Below are positions 43,207 through 51,519 of a DNA stretch of 64,000 nucleotides, piece by piece (within the stretch, counting starts at the first letter, position 1; every line of letters starts with the position of its first letter). The position numbers and the translations under genes are program-made. The notes beneath the pieces are model-generated. The model was not told the origin of the DNA. It saw nothing but the letters and a program-made list of their open reading frames with translations, and did not search any database. The stretch is from a virus: IMG/VR virus record IMGVR_UViG_3300022744_000003, positions 1 through 64,000 of that record; one strand, written 5' to 3'.

Positions 43207-43625
43207 TGGCCGACTCCCTGAGCGAGAAACAGCGCCGGCGCGTAGCGCAGCGCTCCCACGGACGCTGCGAGGCCCTGGTGCTGGTGGGGGCGGCCAAGAT
43301 CCGCCGCGGCCTGCAGACCGAGGACGAGGAGGTCTGGGTCCGCTGCTACGACTGGGCGACCGAGATCCACCACCTGCTCAAGCGGAGCCAGGGCGGCGAC
43401 CTTCTGGACCGCGTGAACGAGGTTTACCACCTGGCCCACCTGTGCTCGAAGTGCCATCGTGACACCGAGGGCGCCGAGGCCTACGAGACCGGGGCGCTGA
43501 TCGCAGGGCAGGTCCACTGGGACGCCTTCCGTTCGCTGCCCTACTACGTCGGCCCTGACGAGTACCTGACCCTGACCTATCCGCCCGACCTCATTGGGAG
43601 ACACCGTGCCGACCCTGACCGATGA
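43206..43625 (+). CDS. HNH endonuclease
   Basis: TGATG overlap start. Contains HGRCE...EIHHLLKRSQGG...NEVYHLAHLCSKCH. Confidence 0.7.
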   Translation: MADSLSEKQRRRVAQRSHGRCEALVLVGAAKIRRGLQTEDEEVWVRCYDWATEIHHLLKRSQGGDLLDRVNEVYHLAHLCSKCHRDTEGAEAYETGALIAGQVHWDAFRSLPYYVGPDEYLTLTYPPDLIGRHRADPDR

Positions 43626-44766
43626 CAAGACCGTCCTGTCCTGGGCATCCACCCTCGAGCCCCAGGCGCTCGAGCAGGCCCAGCGCACCGCCTCGATGCC
43701 CTTCGTGGTGAAGCCGCTCGCCCTCATGCCCGACGCCCACCTGGGCAAGGGCTCGACGGTGGGCTCGGTCATCGCGACCGAGGGCGCGATCATCCCGGCG
43801 GCGGTCGGGGTCGACATCGGCTGCGGCATGGCCGCGGTCGAGACGCGCCTGACCAGCCACGACCTGCCGGACAACCTCGACGAGCTGCACCGCCGCATCC
43901 GCCAGGCCGTCCCGGCCGGCGTGGGCCAGGGGCACGAGTTCCACAACGTCGACGTCTTCGACGTGCTCAAGCGCCCTGCTCCGGACCTCAACGACAAGCA
44001 GGTGGCCACGGCGCGCTCGCAGTACGGGACGCTGGGCTCGGGCAACCACTTCGTCGAGGTCTGCCTCGACGAGCGCGACCGGGTCTGGATCGTCCTGCAC
44101 TCGGGCTCGCGCGGCATCGGCAACCAGCTCGCGGTCGGCCACATCAAGAAGGCCACGGGCCTGATGAAGGACTACTTCATCAACCTGCCGGACCCCGACC
44201 TCGCCTACCTCGTGCACGGCACCGACGAGTTCTGGGCCTACATCCGCGACCTGCTCTGGGCGCAGGAGTATGCCTTCGCCAACCGCGCGCGGATGCTGGC
44301 GCGCGTCCTCGAGGAGTTCGAGGACTTCCTGCACCTGAGCGACACCCAGGTGAGCCAGGTGAACTGCCACCACAACTTCACCCAGCAGGAGAACCACCGC
44401 GGCCGCAACCTCTGGATCACCCGCAAGGGCGCGATCCAGGCCAAGACCGGGCAGAAGGGCATCATCCCCGGCTCGATGGGGACGCGCTCCTACATCGTCG
44501 AGGGCCTGGGCAACGTCGCCTCGTTCGAGTCGTGCTCGCACGGCGCCGGCCGACGCCTGTCGCGCACCGCGGCGAACAAGACGCTGTCGGTGGCCTCGCT
44601 GCGCGACGCGATGGAGGGCAAGACCTGGAACGAGTCCCAGGCTGAGGCCTTGGTCGACGAGCACCCGCTCGCCTACAAGGACATCGACCAGGTGATGGAG
44701 GACCAGAAGGACCTCGTCCGCCCGCTGCACACGCTGCGCCAGATCCTCAACTACAAGGGAGTCTGA
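43606..44766 (+). CDS. rtcB: RtcB-family RNA ligase
   Basis: GGGAG RBS before GTG 43606 (ORF track offers TTG 43594). Contains MPDAHLGKGSTVG, DIGCGM, GSGNHF, HSGSRG and SCSHGAGR. Confidence 0.9.
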   Translation: MPTLTDDKTVLSWASTLEPQALEQAQRTASMPFVVKPLALMPDAHLGKGSTVGSVIATEGAIIPAAVGVDIGCGMAAVETRLTSHDLPDNLDELHRRIRQAVPAGVGQGHEFHNVDVFDVLKRPAPDLNDKQVATARSQYGTLGSGNHFVEVCLDERDRVWIVLHSGSRGIGNQLAVGHIKKATGLMKDYFINLPDPDLAYLVHGTDEFWAYIRDLLWAQEYAFANRARMLARVLEEFEDFLHLSDTQVSQVNCHHNFTQQENHRGRNLWITRKGAIQAKTGQKGIIPGSMGTRSYIVEGLGNVASFESCSHGAGRRLSRTAANKTLSVASLRDAMEGKTWNESQAEALVDEHPLAYKDIDQVMEDQKDLVRPLHTLRQILNYKGV

Positions 44767-44767
44767 G

Positions 44768-45550
44768 ATGTACTGCTCCGACCCGGAGAACTTCGAGGCG
44801 GCGATGGCCAACCTGATCCTGCGCACCGAGGTCGGCTCCACGGTCTACGGCACCGGGCTGCCCGGCGGCGAGGACCACGACGAGATGGCGATCGCGATCA
44901 TGCCGCGCGAGGACGTCCTAGGCACCAGGCCCTTCGAGGGTCTGCAGTGGCGCACGGCGGACGAGGGGGTGCGTTCCACCCCCGAGGACACCGACCTGAG
45001 CGTCTACTCGCTGCGCAAGTACCTCAAGCTCGCGGCCGCGGGGAACCCGTCGATCCTGGTGCCGCTGTTCGTCCCCGAGGAGAAGGTGTTCGAGAAGACC
45101 TGGCAGGGCGAGGTCCTGCTGGCCCACCGGGCGCTGTTCGCCTCCAAAGGCGCCGGTCACCGGTTCCTGGGGTACATGAGCGCCCAGCGCAATCGCCTGC
45201 AGGACTCCAAGGAGGGCCTGCGCGCGCCCCGGAGCAACCGGCCTGAGCTCACCAAGCAGCACGGCTACGACACCAAGTTCGCCATGCACATGCTGCGCCT
45301 GGGCTACCAGGGCCGGGAGTTCATGGACACCTCGAGCATCACCCTGCCGATGCCGGACGCCGAGCGGGAGTTCTTGCTCTCGGTCCGGCGCGGGGAGGTG
45401 GCGTACGGGTCGGTCATCTCGGCCGCGAACCTGTTGGAGAACCAACTCGAACTCGCGATCGAGGCCAGCGGGCTGCCCGACCGCCCGGACCGCGCCCGGG
45501 TCGACGCCCTCTCGGCCGAGCTCCACCTCGACGCCTGGGGACTGCTGTGA
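44768..45550 (+). CDS. Pol-beta-superfamily nucleotidyltransferase (RNA-repair-associated, RlaP/PF10127-like)
   Basis: Contains GSTVYGTGLPGGEDHDEM (GSxxYG plus DxD). 260 aa. Starts 1 nt after the rtcB stop. Confidence 0.65.
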   Translation: MYCSDPENFEAAMANLILRTEVGSTVYGTGLPGGEDHDEMAIAIMPREDVLGTRPFEGLQWRTADEGVRSTPEDTDLSVYSLRKYLKLAAAGNPSILVPLFVPEEKVFEKTWQGEVLLAHRALFASKGAGHRFLGYMSAQRNRLQDSKEGLRAPRSNRPELTKQHGYDTKFAMHMLRLGYQGREFMDTSSITLPMPDAEREFLLSVRRGEVAYGSVISAANLLENQLELAIEASGLPDRPDRARVDALSAELHLDAWGLL

Positions 45551-45804
45551 CCGAGCTGCTGAAGGAGCTGCTGAACCGCATCAACGCGCACTACGCGCGT
45601 ACCTCGCGGAGACCTCGCACCGTGTACGTGACCATCGACCAGCTCCGTTACCTCAAGACGAACGACACGTACCTCGCCGACGCCTACCGGTACGTGGCCC
45701 AGGGGATCACCTTCGACCAGCTCCTGTGCGCCGTCCTGCGCGTCGAGGACGTCGTGGTCATCGACCGCCAGACCAGCATCGACGGAACGGACATCAGCGC
45801 ATGA
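45547..45804 (+). CDS. hypothetical protein (85 aa)
   Basis: ORF track entry. GTGA overlap start. Confidence 0.55.
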   Translation: MTELLKELLNRINAHYARTSRRPRTVYVTIDQLRYLKTNDTYLADAYRYVAQGITFDQLLCAVLRVEDVVVIDRQTSIDGTDISA

Positions 45805-46586
45805 GCCTGGCCAAGATGATCAAGGCGGCAGATCTCCCGGTCACCTCGAGGTACGAGAAGTACCTCTCGGCCGGGGACCCCGTGCACTCCCCCGAGGCGC
45901 TCCAGTTCGCCGCCGACGTGCTCAGCGGGAAGATCGGCGGCCAGCGCAAGGGCCGCGAGCGAAAGTTCCGCGCCTCGGGGATGGGCACCTGCCTGCGCCG
46001 GCGGATGTTCGCCGTCATGGGGGTGCCGGAGACGAAGAAGAACGAGACCACCCTGCAGAACATCTTCAACAACGGGAACTTCGCCCACCTGCGCTGGCAG
46101 ATGGCCGGGCTCAGCACCGGCTTCCTCACCGCGTGCGAGGTGCCGGCCGACACCCCCGAGCTCGGCTCCACCCTGGACGGCGTGTGCGACGACGACTCCA
46201 TCTTTGAGTTCAAGTCGATCAACACTCGGGGTTATCGACAGGTGCTGGAGTATGGGGCAGACTACAAGCACGTCATGCAGGTCCACGCGATGTTCATCAC
46301 GACGGGCAGGCAGGCGGCCTCGGTGGTCTACGAGGACAAGGACCGCCAGGAGTGGACCGAGGTCCGGATCGTGCGTACCGACGAGGTCGAGGAGGACGTG
46401 CGCAAGGAGCTCGACGCGCTGGTCAAGGGCCGGGAGAGCGAGTCGCTTCCGCCCATGAAGCCTTACTGCACCACGAAGGAGGGTGCTGAGTGGCGAAACT
46501 GTCCCTTCCGGGACGTATGTCCGCTGCTCACGACGTGGAAGAGGATGCTCCGTGAAGCGCAGCCGGCTCAGGCAGAGGGTGGGTGA
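45801..46586 (+). CDS. Cas4/RecB-like PD-(D/E)xK exonuclease with 4-Cys cluster
   Basis: ATGA overlap start. Contains GMGTCLRR, DGVCDDDSIFEFKS, VYEDK and the C-terminal CTTKEGAEWRNCPFRDVC. Confidence 0.7.
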   Translation: MSLAKMIKAADLPVTSRYEKYLSAGDPVHSPEALQFAADVLSGKIGGQRKGRERKFRASGMGTCLRRRMFAVMGVPETKKNETTLQNIFNNGNFAHLRWQMAGLSTGFLTACEVPADTPELGSTLDGVCDDDSIFEFKSINTRGYRQVLEYGADYKHVMQVHAMFITTGRQAASVVYEDKDRQEWTEVRIVRTDEVEEDVRKELDALVKGRESESLPPMKPYCTTKEGAEWRNCPFRDVCPLLTTWKRMLREAQPAQAEGG

Positions 46587-46803
46587 GTGCCACTACTGCA
46601 ACAGGATCAGGGAGATGACGAGCGACCACGTCGTCCCTCGTTCCAAGGGCGGTCCCAACCAGATCTGGAACCTCAAGCCCTGCTGCTACGACTGCAACCA
46701 GCTCAAGGCCGACAGCGAGTGGCGCGAGCACTGCGAGGACTGCAACCGGATCTGGCGCCACTTCGACTACGTGTTCGCCCCTCAGAACCTGGAGAGAAGA
46801 TGA
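46552..46803 (+). CDS. HNH endonuclease (83 aa)
   Basis: GAAGAGGA RBS before GTG 46552. Contains CHYCNR...TSDHVVPRSKGGPNQIWNLKPCCYDCNQLK. Confidence 0.7.
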   Translation: MKRSRLRQRVGECHYCNRIREMTSDHVVPRSKGGPNQIWNLKPCCYDCNQLKADSEWREHCEDCNRIWRHFDYVFAPQNLERR

Positions 46804-47096
46804 CCGACACCACCGGCACCGTCGAGATCCCCGAGTCCATCATCGAGGACTTCGGCATCCCCGACGCCTGGGCCGTCTGCACGATCACCGTCCCGGAGAG
46901 CAACGACCTGCACTGGCGCACGATGGGCTACACGTCCGTCCTGCGCTCGCTGGAGTCCCAGCTCCGGGAGAAGGGCAAGGACGTCCTGAGCGGGGAGTGG
47001 CGGGTCTACGAGTTCGACTACGACCTCATGGGCATCGAGCACGACGAGGTGCGCTGCGTGGTGGTCGTGGCCAGGGACGTGAAGGACGCCTCGTGA
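46800..47096 (+). CDS. hypothetical protein (98 aa)
   Basis: ATGA overlap start inside ORF 46587..47096. Confidence 0.5.
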   Translation: MTDTTGTVEIPESIIEDFGIPDAWAVCTITVPESNDLHWRTMGYTSVLRSLESQLREKGKDVLSGEWRVYEFDYDLMGIEHDEVRCVVVVARDVKDAS

Positions 47097-47245
47097 CCGG
47101 CCCGGTGCCCTGGGGGTTCTGCCCGGAGTGCGGGAAACGACTCGCGCTGCGCAAGGACGGCACGGTCCGCTCGCACAAGGTCCAGGCCCTGTTCGAGCTG
47201 ATCCCCTGCCCGGGCGTCGGCCAGATAGCGCTGGTGCGGCGATGA
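47093..47245 (+). CDS. small zinc-ribbon-like protein (50 aa)
   Basis: GTGA overlap start. Translates as VTGPVPWGFCPECGKRLALRKDGTVRSHK...CPG. Confidence 0.45.
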   Translation: MTGPVPWGFCPECGKRLALRKDGTVRSHKVQALFELIPCPGVGQIALVRR

Positions 47246-47562
47246 GCGACGTGAAGCCGGTCGACATCAACATGCTGCGGGCGAGGTACTCGACCCTGAC
47301 CCCGCTCACCGCGCTGATGGCCCAGCCGGGGCGGCTCACCCGGGTGGCCGCAGCCGAGGCCAGCATCGCCACGCTCGGCGAGCTCGCCAGCGCCATCCCT
47401 GCGCTGTGTGACGAGGTGGAGCGGCTGCGTGCTGATCGAAGCCAACTGGTGGCGGCCGTGGAGGCCAAGCACGCCAGCATCGGCTGGAACCGGGAGTACA
47501 CCGCGGGGTGGAACAACGCCATCGGCGTCGTCGCCAGTCTCATCCGAGGGGAGGCGCCGTGA
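47242..47562 (+). CDS. hypothetical protein (106 aa)
   Basis: ATGA overlap start inside ORF 47128..47562. Confidence 0.5.
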   Translation: MSDVKPVDINMLRARYSTLTPLTALMAQPGRLTRVAAAEASIATLGELASAIPALCDEVERLRADRSQLVAAVEAKHASIGWNREYTAGWNNAIGVVASLIRGEAP

Positions 47563-47699
47563 GCGTCTTCACTGCGTTCGCCTTCTGGGTCGATGGAGTC
47601 AGGCGCATGGGTCGCTGTACGTGCGGGGAGCCCGAGGGCCATGCCGGATGGCTGGTCTGCTTCCACACCGACACTTCTACCGAGAGTGAGAGCGCATGA
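47559..47699 (+). CDS. small Cys/His-containing protein (46 aa)
   Basis: GTGA overlap start. Translates as VSVFTAFAFWVDGVRRMGRCTCGEPEGHAGWLVCFH. Confidence 0.4.
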   Translation: MSVFTAFAFWVDGVRRMGRCTCGEPEGHAGWLVCFHTDTSTESESA

Positions 47700-48022
47700 C
47701 CGTCGTCGCACCTGAGCTGCTGCCCAAGGCCGGCGCCCGCTCGAGCAAGGCCGTCTTCACCGTCGAGGATGACGCGGGGACCGTCCACCACACCCAGGAG
47801 TGCCGCTACCGGGTCATGGCGGTCAAGCCCAAGGGCTTCGCCATCAAGCTCGTGCTCGACGACCCCAAGGTCTTTGTCAAGCCCGACCTCCCCGAGGGCG
47901 AGCAGCGCAAGGTGCGCTGGGCCCTGTTCAGCACGGAGGGCGAGGCGCTCTACTACTCGGAGTGGCTCGCGAACATGATGCGCGGCGACGCCCTGACGCT
48001 CACCTTCGAGGCGGTGGTCTGA
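47696..48022 (+). CDS. hypothetical protein (108 aa)
   Basis: ORF track entry. ATGA overlap start. Confidence 0.55.
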   Translation: MTVVAPELLPKAGARSSKAVFTVEDDAGTVHHTQECRYRVMAVKPKGFAIKLVLDDPKVFVKPDLPEGEQRKVRWALFSTEGEALYYSEWLANMMRGDALTLTFEAVV

Positions 48023-48417
48023 TGGTCATCAAGATCCAGCGCAAGCCGCACGTCCAGTTCGGCCAGGCTGCGATCAACACCCCGGTGGGGCGGAACCTGC
48101 CCGACGTCGAGGACCTCTCGGACGAGCTCAAGGAGTACGTCGACATCATCCTGGGCAGGGAGCCGGCGCCGATCGAGACCGTGGGCTACCTGGCCCTGGG
48201 GGAGCTCGCGACCGCGTACTACTCGCGGGGCAAGGAGATCGAGATGCTCATCCACGAGGCCGAGCGCAAGGGCGTCGTGGTGCGGGGGAGCCAGCTCTAC
48301 CAGTTCAGGACCGGCGAGCTCCGCTCGTTCCTGGAGATGGCCAAGCGAGCCGCCGAACTGGGCAGTCGCCGACTGACCCAGGAGCAGCTCCTGTTCGAGA
48401 TGAGGCACGAGGACTGA
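48022..48417 (+). CDS. hypothetical protein (131 aa)
   Basis: TGATG overlap start inside ORF 47800..48417. Confidence 0.5.
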   Translation: MVIKIQRKPHVQFGQAAINTPVGRNLPDVEDLSDELKEYVDIILGREPAPIETVGYLALGELATAYYSRGKEIEMLIHEAERKGVVVRGSQLYQFRTGELRSFLEMAKRAAELGSRRLTQEQLLFEMRHED

Positions 48418-48593
48418 TGGACAAGACCACCGTGTTCAAGGGCGGCGACGGCTGGCGCTGGCACCGCAAGAGCGAGAACGGCGAGATCGTCTCCACCTCC
48501 GGCGAGGGGTACCAGGACCGCGACCACGCGATCCACATGGCGTCCGAGCTCAACTCGGACACCGAGATCACGGTCGAGATCGAGGAGGGCTGA
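48417..48593 (+). CDS. YegP/DUF1508-like small protein (58 aa)
   Basis: TGATG overlaps at both ends. WRWHRKSENGEIVSTSGEGYQDRDHAIHMA matches the NGEvi..S.gY motif of DUF1508. Confidence 0.5.
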   Translation: MDKTTVFKGGDGWRWHRKSENGEIVSTSGEGYQDRDHAIHMASELNSDTEITVEIEEG

Positions 48594-48967
48594 TGGACTT
48601 CGGGGACGCGCTGCACGCGCTCAAGCGAGGGGCGAAGGTCACCCGCTCGGGGTGGAACGGCAGGGGCCAGCACCTCGAGCTCCAGCGGCCCGACGAGCTG
48701 TCGAAGATGACGCTGCCGTACATCTTCATCACCACGGTCCAGGGCGACCGGGTGCCGTGGCTGGCGAGCCAGAGCGACATGCTCGCGAACGACTGGTGCT
48801 TCGTCGAGGAGCCGGAGGAGGCCGAGTCGCTGGCCATGACGCTGGCCCGCGCGGGCGAGCTGTTCTCGGTCCTCGGGAAGAACATCTCCGCGACGGGCGT
48901 CAACGACGTCTACCGCACCGCGGCCGCGGACATGGCCGAGAAGATGCGCCGGTGGGCCGGGCAGTGA
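48593..48967 (+). CDS. DUF2829-family protein (Tad2-like, candidate anti-Thoeris sponge) with C-terminal extension
   Basis: MDFGDALHALKRGAKVTRSGWNGRGQHL...VPWLASQSDMLANDWCFV closely follows the DUF2829 consensus as I recall it. Confidence 0.7.
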   Translation: MDFGDALHALKRGAKVTRSGWNGRGQHLELQRPDELSKMTLPYIFITTVQGDRVPWLASQSDMLANDWCFVEEPEEAESLAMTLARAGELFSVLGKNISATGVNDVYRTAAADMAEKMRRWAGQ

Positions 48968-49119
48968 CCAGGACCCTGGTGGGGACGCCCGACCCCGATC
49001 CTGAGCCCGTGCACGCCGACAGCATCCTGCTCTGGCAGCCCACGATTACCACGAACAGCGTGCTTGGGATGTCGACCTACTCGATCTATGTCGGCCCGCT
49101 CACGGAGCCGCAGCGATGA
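48964..49119 (+). CDS. hypothetical small protein (51 aa)
   Basis: GTGA overlap start and ATGA overlap end. Tail of ORF 48652..49119. Confidence 0.4.
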   Translation: MTRTLVGTPDPDPEPVHADSILLWQPTITTNSVLGMSTYSIYVGPLTEPQR

Positions 49120-49658
49120 TCGAGGAGTCCAAGGACACGATCTGCGGGATGCCGGTGTTCGCGCTCCGGGTGTTCTTCATCGTGCTGATCGGGGTCGGGG
49201 CCTTGATGTACGCCTACGGCTCGGGGCAGAAGAGCGTGAGCCCGGCCCCGTCACCCACAGTGACCGCTACGGCATACGCCACCGTCACCGCGAGTCCCGA
49301 GCCCGCCCCCACCGTGACCGTGACCAAGAAGGTCGAGGTCACCGTGACGGCGCGGCCCACCCAGGCCTCGAGGTCCGTGCAGCGCGGCTCGGCGTGGGTG
49401 GAGCAGGTCAGGGCCTGCATCATGCACCGGGAGAGCCGCGGCGACTACAAGGCGATCGGCGTCTGGATCGAGAGCCTGAAGGACCGGGCGACCGGGGCCT
49501 ACCAGTTCCTGCGCAGCACCTGGCACAACGTCACGGGGCTGCCGGGCGAGGCCAGGGACTACCCGCCGGCGGTGCAGGACGCCGCCTTCTACAAGCTCTT
49601 CGCGAACGGCGCGGGGAGGAACCACTGGTACCTCAGAGGAGCCACACAGTGCTGGTAG
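49116..49658 (+). CDS. membrane-anchored transglycosylase-like (Rpf-like) protein
   Basis: N-terminal TM helix, Pro/Thr/Val linker, then ACIMHRESRGDYKAIG...GAYQFLRSTW (transglycosylase-like domain signature). Confidence 0.65.
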   Translation: MIEESKDTICGMPVFALRVFFIVLIGVGALMYAYGSGQKSVSPAPSPTVTATAYATVTASPEPAPTVTVTKKVEVTVTARPTQASRSVQRGSAWVEQVRACIMHRESRGDYKAIGVWIESLKDRATGAYQFLRSTWHNVTGLPGEARDYPPAVQDAAFYKLFANGAGRNHWYLRGATQCW

Positions 49659-49972
49659 ACGCGATCATCATGCTCCAGGACGCCACGGAGACGGTCTTCG
49701 ACACCGTGGCCACCCGCCTCGAGCAGGACGAGGACGGGCTGTTCAACCCCAAGGACATCGTCCTGCAGACCCCGGCGGTCCCCACCGAGACCATCATCGG
49801 CGGGCCGCGCATCATCCCGCCGCTGACCATCCGGGTGTTCCTGCCCGCGCTGGACATGCTCATCGGGGACCTCCCTCCTGCGGGGAGCAACATCCAACTC
49901 TCGGCCGGCCTGCTGGCCACCAACCACCCCACCCCCACCGACGAAGAGGACGACGAAGATGGCACAGAATGA
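49649..49972 (+). CDS. hypothetical protein (107 aa)
   Basis: AGAGGAG RBS before GTG 49649. Sensible tail of ORF 49064..49972. Confidence 0.5.
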   Translation: MLVDAIIMLQDATETVFDTVATRLEQDEDGLFNPKDIVLQTPAVPTETIIGGPRIIPPLTIRVFLPALDMLIGDLPPAGSNIQLSAGLLATNHPTPTDEEDDEDGTE

Positions 49973-50309
49973 GATCGGGCTGAACCTCAAGAACGAGGCC
50001 GTGCAGGAGGCCGTGGACGCCGCGGCTGCATCCGGTCTGGGACAGACCACCAAGCTGCTCATCAGCGAGGCGGTGACCACGAGCTCCCACTTCCAGGTCG
50101 TCGAGCGCGAGCTCGAGCGCGTACCGAACGACCTGGACTACCGCCACCTGGCGCTGACGACCGCGGTCCAGGCGCGCTCGTACCGGGAGGCCGACGCCGC
50201 CGAGGGTGCCTTCACGACGCTGATCCAGCGCGCGCAGGTCTACGAGCACTACCTGCGCACGGGCGAGCTGCTCACCCTCGTCGAGGTGAAGGAGGGCGAG
50301 GCGCCGTGA
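49959..50309 (+). CDS. hypothetical protein (116 aa)
   Basis: ORF track entry with high GC3. Confidence 0.55.
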   Translation: MAQNEIGLNLKNEAVQEAVDAAAASGLGQTTKLLISEAVTTSSHFQVVERELERVPNDLDYRHLALTTAVQARSYREADAAEGAFTTLIQRAQVYEHYLRTGELLTLVEVKEGEAP

Positions 50310-50872
50310 AGAAGATCCCGACGCTGTTCGAGCGCGACTGGGAGGCCCAGGGCAACCCGGTCAAGGATGTGATCAACCCCGAGTGCGAGTGGGCCCTGGA
50401 CCCCCAGGGCTCGTACCCCACGCGCAAGTACGACGGCACCTGCGTGATGCACGACGGGGAGCAGTGGTGGGCGCGGCGCGAGGTGAAACCGGGCAAGCAG
50501 CCCCCGCCCAACTTCCGACCGATGGAGGAGGACCTGGTCACCGGCAAGACCATGGGCTGGGAGCCGATGGAGCAGTCGGGGTGGCACAAGTACCTCCTCG
50601 AGGCGCTGGAGCCCGGCGGATCCATGCAGTGGGCGACGGGCACCTACGAGCTCATGGGGCCGGCGATCAACGGCAACCCCGAGGGCTTCAGCCGCCATGT
50701 GCTGCTCCGGCACGTCGTGGCCGAGGTCCTCCCGCTCACCGACCGGTCGTACGAGGGGATCCGGGACTTCCTGGCCGAGCGTCCGGGTATGGAGGGCGTC
50801 GTCTTCCACGGCGTCGGGGAGAACACGGGGAAGTTCGCCAAGATCAAGGCCAAGGACTTCCCCCGTGGCTGA
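50306..50872 (+). CDS. minimal ATP-dependent polynucleotide (RNA/DNA) ligase-like nucleotidyltransferase
   Basis: GTGA overlap start. Contains KIPTLFERD, the KxDG motif RKYDGTC, ELMGPAINGNPEG, EGVVFH and KIKAKDF. Confidence 0.6.
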   Translation: MKKIPTLFERDWEAQGNPVKDVINPECEWALDPQGSYPTRKYDGTCVMHDGEQWWARREVKPGKQPPPNFRPMEEDLVTGKTMGWEPMEQSGWHKYLLEALEPGGSMQWATGTYELMGPAINGNPEGFSRHVLLRHVVAEVLPLTDRSYEGIRDFLAERPGMEGVVFHGVGENTGKFAKIKAKDFPRG

Positions 50873-51083
50873 GGCAGCGCTGACGCCGGCGCTGGAGGAC
50901 TCCGTCCGGTGGGCGATGGTCGACTTCATCTTCGACGCGATGGGGATCCTCCCGGCCAGCAGGGCCGTTCCTCAGGTCCTGGTCGCGGACGGCCTGACGT
51001 ACGACATCGAATCAGCAGAGGTCATCGAGCTGGAGGATGGCGAGACGATGCGCTGCAACCTCCGTCTCGCTCCAAGGCCCTAA
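50865..51083 (+). CDS. hypothetical protein (72 aa)
   Basis: GTG 50865 overlaps the upstream end by 8 nt. Sensible tail of ORF 50697..51083. Confidence 0.45.
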   Translation: MAEAALTPALEDSVRWAMVDFIFDAMGILPASRAVPQVLVADGLTYDIESAEVIELEDGETMRCNLRLAPRP

Positions 51084-51224
51084 GACCAAACTCCGGGGTA
51101 TCGGAGGTTGCAGTTACGCCAGGAGGGTCGGGCTGGACCTGACGGGTAGCCTTCAGGTAGGTCGGGTTGGGCCAGAAGCCCCCTCGCAGCCTCTCCTCCA
51201 TCCCATCGCTCGAGAGGCATCGCC

Positions 51225-51473
51225 ATGTCCGTCGTCGCCAAGTTCTTCGTCCAGACCATCACCGAGCACTCGCACACCCAGGGGGCCAAGCAGGTCACGC
51301 TGCGTGCGGTCTCGCGGGGCGAGGAGAACAAGGAGTGGTCGAAGTACACCCCGTCCGGGGAGATCACCATGCAGATCCTCAACGAGGTCGCGGCCGAGGA
51401 GTTCGTGCTCGGCAAGGAGTACCTCGTGCGCTTCAGCCCGGCCGAGATCCCGGTGGACGAGCGTCAGGGGTAG
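51225..51473 (+). CDS. hypothetical protein (82 aa)
   Basis: ORF track entry. GAGAGG RBS. Followed by a G/C hairpin. Confidence 0.55.
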   Translation: MSVVAKFFVQTITEHSHTQGAKQVTLRAVSRGEENKEWSKYTPSGEITMQILNEVAAEEFVLGKEYLVRFSPAEIPVDERQG

Positions 51474-51490
51474 GCACTAGATTCTGGATG

Positions 51491-51519
51491 GCTCGGGGGG
51501 GCTAACCCCCTCCCGGGCC
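51491..51519 (+). terminator. GC hairpin after 51225..51473
   Basis: A GGGGG run and a CCCCC run flank the loop GCTAA, with imperfect flanking pairing. Confidence 0.4.

Noticed and set aside
43594-43605. TTG at 43594 as the rtcB start (the ORF-track start).
   Set aside because: GTG 43606 has a GGGAG Shine-Dalgarno sequence at suitable spacing and gives a shorter overlap with the HNH gene. TTG is retained as an alternative only.
51084-51224. A fourth copy of the intergenic motif (AGGTCGGGT shared with unit A), on the plus strand upstream of 51225..51473.
   Set aside because: Only 9 nt match and they are in the opposite orientation context. No TTGAC or GATC part and no paired hairpins are present, so this is compatible with chance.
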